64,000 bases of DNA from Candidatus Cloacimonadota bacterium (GTDB lineage: Bacteria; Cloacimonadota; Cloacimonadia; G963667145), in assembly GCA_963676615.1 (NCBI GenBank), contig OY781092.1, positions 384,001 through 448,000 on the forward strand, written 5' to 3'. Of this stretch, positions 60,491 to 64,000 are shown piece after piece; within the stretch, counting starts at the first letter, position 1; each line of letters starts with the position of its first letter. The notes under the pieces were generated by a model that did not search any database, was not told the origin of the DNA, and saw only the letters and a list, made by a program, of their open reading frames with translations. The position numbers and the translations under genes are program-made.

Positions 60491-63124
60491 ATGCAGAAAG
60501 CTTATAGTCCCAAAGATATTGAGAAAAAGTGGTATCAGATTTGGCAGCAGAGAGGTTATTTTTCGCCGAAAATTGACGACAATAGGCCGCCGTTTACGGT
60601 GCTGATTCCGCCGCCGAATGTGACGGGCGTGTTGCATATGGGACACGCGCTGAATAACACTTTGCAAGATATTTTGGTGCGATATAAGCGGATGAAAGGT
60701 TTTAACGCTTTGTGGGTGCCGGGCACAGATCATGCAGGTATCGCCACGCAAAATATGGTGGAAAAAGATTTGGCGAAAGAGGGCAAAACGCGTTTTGATT
60801 TGGGCAGAGAGAAGCTGATTGAGCGGATTTGGCAGTGGAAGGAGGACAAGGGCGGCACGATTTTGGAGCAGTTGAAGCAGTTGGGTTGCTCTTGCGATTG
60901 GTCTCGGCTTCGATTTACGATGGACGAAGGGCTTTCGCAGGCGGTCAAAGAGGTGTTTGTGCGTCTTTACGAGAAGGGTCTGATTTACAAGGGCAAGCGG
61001 ATTATCAACTGGTGTCCTCGCTGCACGACTGCGCTTGCCAACGACGAGGTTGAGCATAAGCAGGAAGCGGGCAAGCTCTACGAAATTCGGTATCCGCTGG
61101 CAGACGGAAGCGGGTTTGTGATTATCGCCACGACAAGACCAGAGACGATGATGGCGGACACTGCCGTTGCGGTGAATCCCAAGGACGAGCGCTACAAAAA
61201 TTTAGTGGGGAAGCAAGTGGTTTTGCCGATTGTGCATCGCCAAATTCCTGTGATTGCCGACGATTATGTGGATACAGAGTTTGGAACGGGTTGCCTGAAG
61301 ATCACGCCAGCGCACGATCCGAACGATTTTGAGATTGGTCAGCGGCACGATTTGCAGGTGATCAGCATTATCGACGAACACGGAAAAATGAACGAAGCCG
61401 CTGGTGCAGATTTTGTGGGATTGAGCCGCGAAGACGCTCGCCAAAAGGTGATTGAGATGCTGGAAAAAGAGGGCGTTTTGGGCGAAATTCGGGACTATCA
61501 ACACACGGTGGGCAAGTGCTACCGCTGCGATACGACGATCGAACCGTATTTGTCGGATCAGTGGTTTGTGGATATGAAGCCTTTGGCGGCGCCGGCTATC
61601 GAAAAGGTGAAGAGCGGCGAGATTGAGTTTCAGCCAGCCAGATGGAAAAAAGTTTATCTGCATTGGATGGAAAATGTGCGTGACTGGTGCATTTCGCGGC
61701 AGATTTGGTGGGGGCACAGGATTCCAGCTTACTATTGCGAAAATTGCGACAAAATTGTGGTGGCAAAATCGACTCCGACTCGTTGTCCAGATTGCGGTTG
61801 CGAAAATTTTCGTCAAGATGAGGATGTCTTGGACACTTGGTTTTCTTCGGCTTTGTGGCCTTTTTCGACTTTGGGCTGGCCAGAAGAGACCGACGATTTG
61901 CGCTATTTTTTGCCGACAAATGTTTTGATAACAGCGCCTGAGATTATCTATTTGTGGGTCGCGCGGATGATAATGACCACGCTGGAATTTAAGGATACGA
62001 TTCCGTTTGACACGGTGCTTTTGCACGGAATTGTGCGTGACGAGCAGGGCAGAAAGATGAGCAAGTCGCTGGGAAATTCGCCGAATCCGCTGGACTTAAT
62101 CGAGCAAGTGGGAGCCGACGCTTTGCGTTTTGCGATAATTTATCACACGCCAAAAGGCGAGGACAGCTACTATTCTGACAAAATTTTGGAGACTGGGCGC
62201 AACTTTACCAACAAGCTCTGGAACGCCACTCGCTACATTTTGCAAGATATAAATTCGGCGCCAGATGGGCAAAATTTACTGCTTGAGCTGGCGGACAAAT
62301 GGATTTATGCGCGGTTTGCGCAGGTGACAAAGCAGGTCGAGGAAAATTACGAGAAGTTGCGGTTCAACGATGTCGCCGCAGGGCTAATCGATTTTATCTG
62401 GAAGGAGTTTTGCTCGTGGTATTTGGAGCTTTCCAAAGAGCGGATGTATGGCGATGACCGCAGGCGCAAGAACACGGCGCAGTTCGTGCTTTTGGATATT
62501 ATGCAAAAATCGATGCGGCTGCTTCATCCGATTATGCCGTTTATTACCGAAGAAATTTTTGCTAAAATCAAAGAGTTTTTCCCAAATCTTGACGATGCGA
62601 TAGCCATTGCCGAATTTCCGAAGCGGGATGAGTCGCTGATTGATGAGGGGATAATCGCTGATATGGCGCTGATTCAGGAGACGATAACCACGATTCGTAA
62701 TCTCAAAAAGCAGGTTGGGCTCTCGCCAGCCAAGCAGACGAAGATTTTGCTGAAAGTTCCGCAAGAGAAGCAGATTAAGCTGTTTGCCGATTATAGCCAA
62801 TATGTTGTCGCGCTTGCCAATTGCCAGTCGCCAGAGGTCGCCGTAAATCTAGAAAAACCAGCGCAGTCGATAGCGGGAGTTGTTGAGGATGTGGAGATTT
62901 TTATGCCGCTTAGCGGGATGGTCGATTTGGATGCCGAGCGTAGTAAGCTGGAGAAGCAGCTGCAAAAGTTGGATAAGGAGTTCAAGGTGATTTGTGGCAA
63001 ATTGATGAACGAAAAGTTCACCAGCTCTGCGCCAGCGGCGATTGTGGAAAAGGAAAAGGGCAAATACGACGAGGTGAAGGGCAAGATGGATAAGGTCAGA
63101 GAGTTGCTCAGGGGGCTAGAATAA
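60491..63124 (+). CDS. valS: Valine--tRNA ligase
   Basis: PPPNVTGVLHMGH, DHAGIATQ, DWCISRQIWWGH, KMSKS, C-terminal coiled coil. Confidence 0.97.
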   Translation: MQKAYSPKDIEKKWYQIWQQRGYFSPKIDDNRPPFTVLIPPPNVTGVLHMGHALNNTLQDILVRYKRMKGFNALWVPGTDHAGIATQNMVEKDLAKEGKTRFDLGREKLIERIWQWKEDKGGTILEQLKQLGCSCDWSRLRFTMDEGLSQAVKEVFVRLYEKGLIYKGKRIINWCPRCTTALANDEVEHKQEAGKLYEIRYPLADGSGFVIIATTRPETMMADTAVAVNPKDERYKNLVGKQVVLPIVHRQIPVIADDYVDTEFGTGCLKITPAHDPNDFEIGQRHDLQVISIIDEHGKMNEAAGADFVGLSREDARQKVIEMLEKEGVLGEIRDYQHTVGKCYRCDTTIEPYLSDQWFVDMKPLAAPAIEKVKSGEIEFQPARWKKVYLHWMENVRDWCISRQIWWGHRIPAYYCENCDKIVVAKSTPTRCPDCGCENFRQDEDVLDTWFSSALWPFSTLGWPEETDDLRYFLPTNVLITAPEIIYLWVARMIMTTLEFKDTIPFDTVLLHGIVRDEQGRKMSKSLGNSPNPLDLIEQVGADALRFAIIYHTPKGEDSYYSDKILETGRNFTNKLWNATRYILQDINSAPDGQNLLLELADKWIYARFAQVTKQVEENYEKLRFNDVAAGLIDFIWKEFCSWYLELSKERMYGDDRRRKNTAQFVLLDIMQKSMRLLHPIMPFITEEIFAKIKEFFPNLDDAIAIAEFPKRDESLIDEGIIADMALIQETITTIRNLKKQVGLSPAKQTKILLKVPQEKQIKLFADYSQYVVALANCQSPEVAVNLEKPAQSIAGVVEDVEIFMPLSGMVDLDAERSKLEKQLQKLDKEFKVICGKLMNEKFTSSAPAAIVEKEKGKYDEVKGKMDKVRELLRGLE

Positions 63125-63942
63125 TGAGTTTGTTCTCTAGAAGAAGAATTTATCAAGTGATTGAGAAAGCTCGTGCAGGCGATGTCGCAAGCAAAGTTTT
63201 TGATGTTTTCATTATTAGCCTTATAATGTTGAATATAATTTTGGTGATTTTGGAGTCTTTTGAAGATTTGGCTGTGAAATATGAAGAGATTTTTAGAGCG
63301 TTTGAAGGGCTTTCTGTCGCGATTTTCACTGTGGAGATTTTGCTGAGAATTTATACTTGCGATTTGAAATTTCATATGAGAAATAAATTTCACTCGTTTT
63401 TTACCTACATTATTTCTCCTTTGGCTATAATAGATTTTTTGGCGGTTCTGCCGTTTTACTTGCCGCTTTTAATTCCTATAGATTTGAGGTTTTTGCGTAT
63501 TCTTCGACTTACCAGGATTTTGAGGGTGTTAAAATTCAATCGATATAGCTCTTCTTTGGAAATCATTGGGAAAATAATCAAAAAAAGGCGAAGCGATTTG
63601 CTTGTGACGATGTTCATTACATTTCTTCTGCTACTGTTAGCTAGTTCGATAATGTATTACATCGAAAATGACACTCAACCAGAATCTTTTCCTAATATAA
63701 TTGCCTCGTTTTGGTGGGCTATTGCCACTTTGACCACTGTGGGGTATGGCGATGTGTATCCCGTAACTGCTTTGGGAAAAATTGTCAGCGGGATTATTGC
63801 GCTATTGGGAGTTGGTTTGGTAGCGTTGCCCACGGGCATTATCAGCTCTGCCTTTGTGGAAATATTGAAGAGAAAAAAGCTCCTGAGAAAGCTAAATACT
63901 GCAAGTTTTGTGGAAAAAATTTGCGGGATTAAGGGCGACTAA
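63124..63942 (+). CDS. Voltage-gated-type (6TM) potassium channel
   Basis: S4 LRFLRILRLTRILRVLK, WWAIATLTTVGYGD filter; C-terminus may be frameshifted (alternative stop at 63932). Confidence 0.9.
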   Translation: MSLFSRRRIYQVIEKARAGDVASKVFDVFIISLIMLNIILVILESFEDLAVKYEEIFRAFEGLSVAIFTVEILLRIYTCDLKFHMRNKFHSFFTYIISPLAIIDFLAVLPFYLPLLIPIDLRFLRILRLTRILRVLKFNRYSSSLEIIGKIIKKRRSDLLVTMFITFLLLLLASSIMYYIENDTQPESFPNIIASFWWAIATLTTVGYGDVYPVTALGKIVSGIIALLGVGLVALPTGIISSAFVEILKRKKLLRKLNTASFVEKICGIKGD

Positions 63943-64000
63943 TTTGAAGATAAAAATAGCACAAAGTCCCACGAAGTTTTACCACAAAGTGTCTCAAAGT

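Overview
Gene-dense, mostly housekeeping chromosomal window from a diderm bacterium (BamA, Bat/MoxR locus, DUF2723, YfhO), probably anaerobic (butyrate kinase, two-subunit Fe-S fumarase, Feo). An FCB-group or Cloacimonadota-like affiliation is only my impression. Contents: rpmE, an FAD oxidoreductase, paaK-ACT, buk; a complete minus-strand branched-chain amino acid operon (ilvN-ilvC-leuA-cimA-leuC-leuD-leuB-ilvD-ilvB-LysE exporter); a minus-strand cluster (U32, cdd, divergent FtsE/FtsX-like pair, pgsA, deoB, AI-2E, trmB, HTH-EIIA); a long plus-strand run (lipoprotein, PbgA/YejM-like, tgt, GtrA, thrA-like, pdxJ, bamA, BtuF/BtuC-like, NSS transporter, fumarase alpha/beta, yggS, YfhO, tRNA-Lys, tRNA-Glu, moxR-batABCD, rimO); a RelBE-type TA pair; an orphan xanthine-dehydrogenase-family Mo subunit; fur-feoA-feoB-feoA-feoC; DUF2723; valS; a K+ channel. 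I saw no CRISPR array, transposase, integrase or rRNA. The most notable signals are not in the ORF track: (1) a 29-aa Leu/Ile/Val-rich leader peptide plus a hairpin without a U-tract ahead of the ilv-leu operon; (2) three reading frames that each make better sense after a -1 shift at an A-run, two at in-frame A_AAA_AAG heptamers, which is either recoding or homopolymer sequencing error; (3) a ThrA whose kinase motifs have decayed; (4) recurrent perfect TTGACA -35 boxes without a TATAAT -10. All functional calls come from motif recognition by eye; no searches were run.
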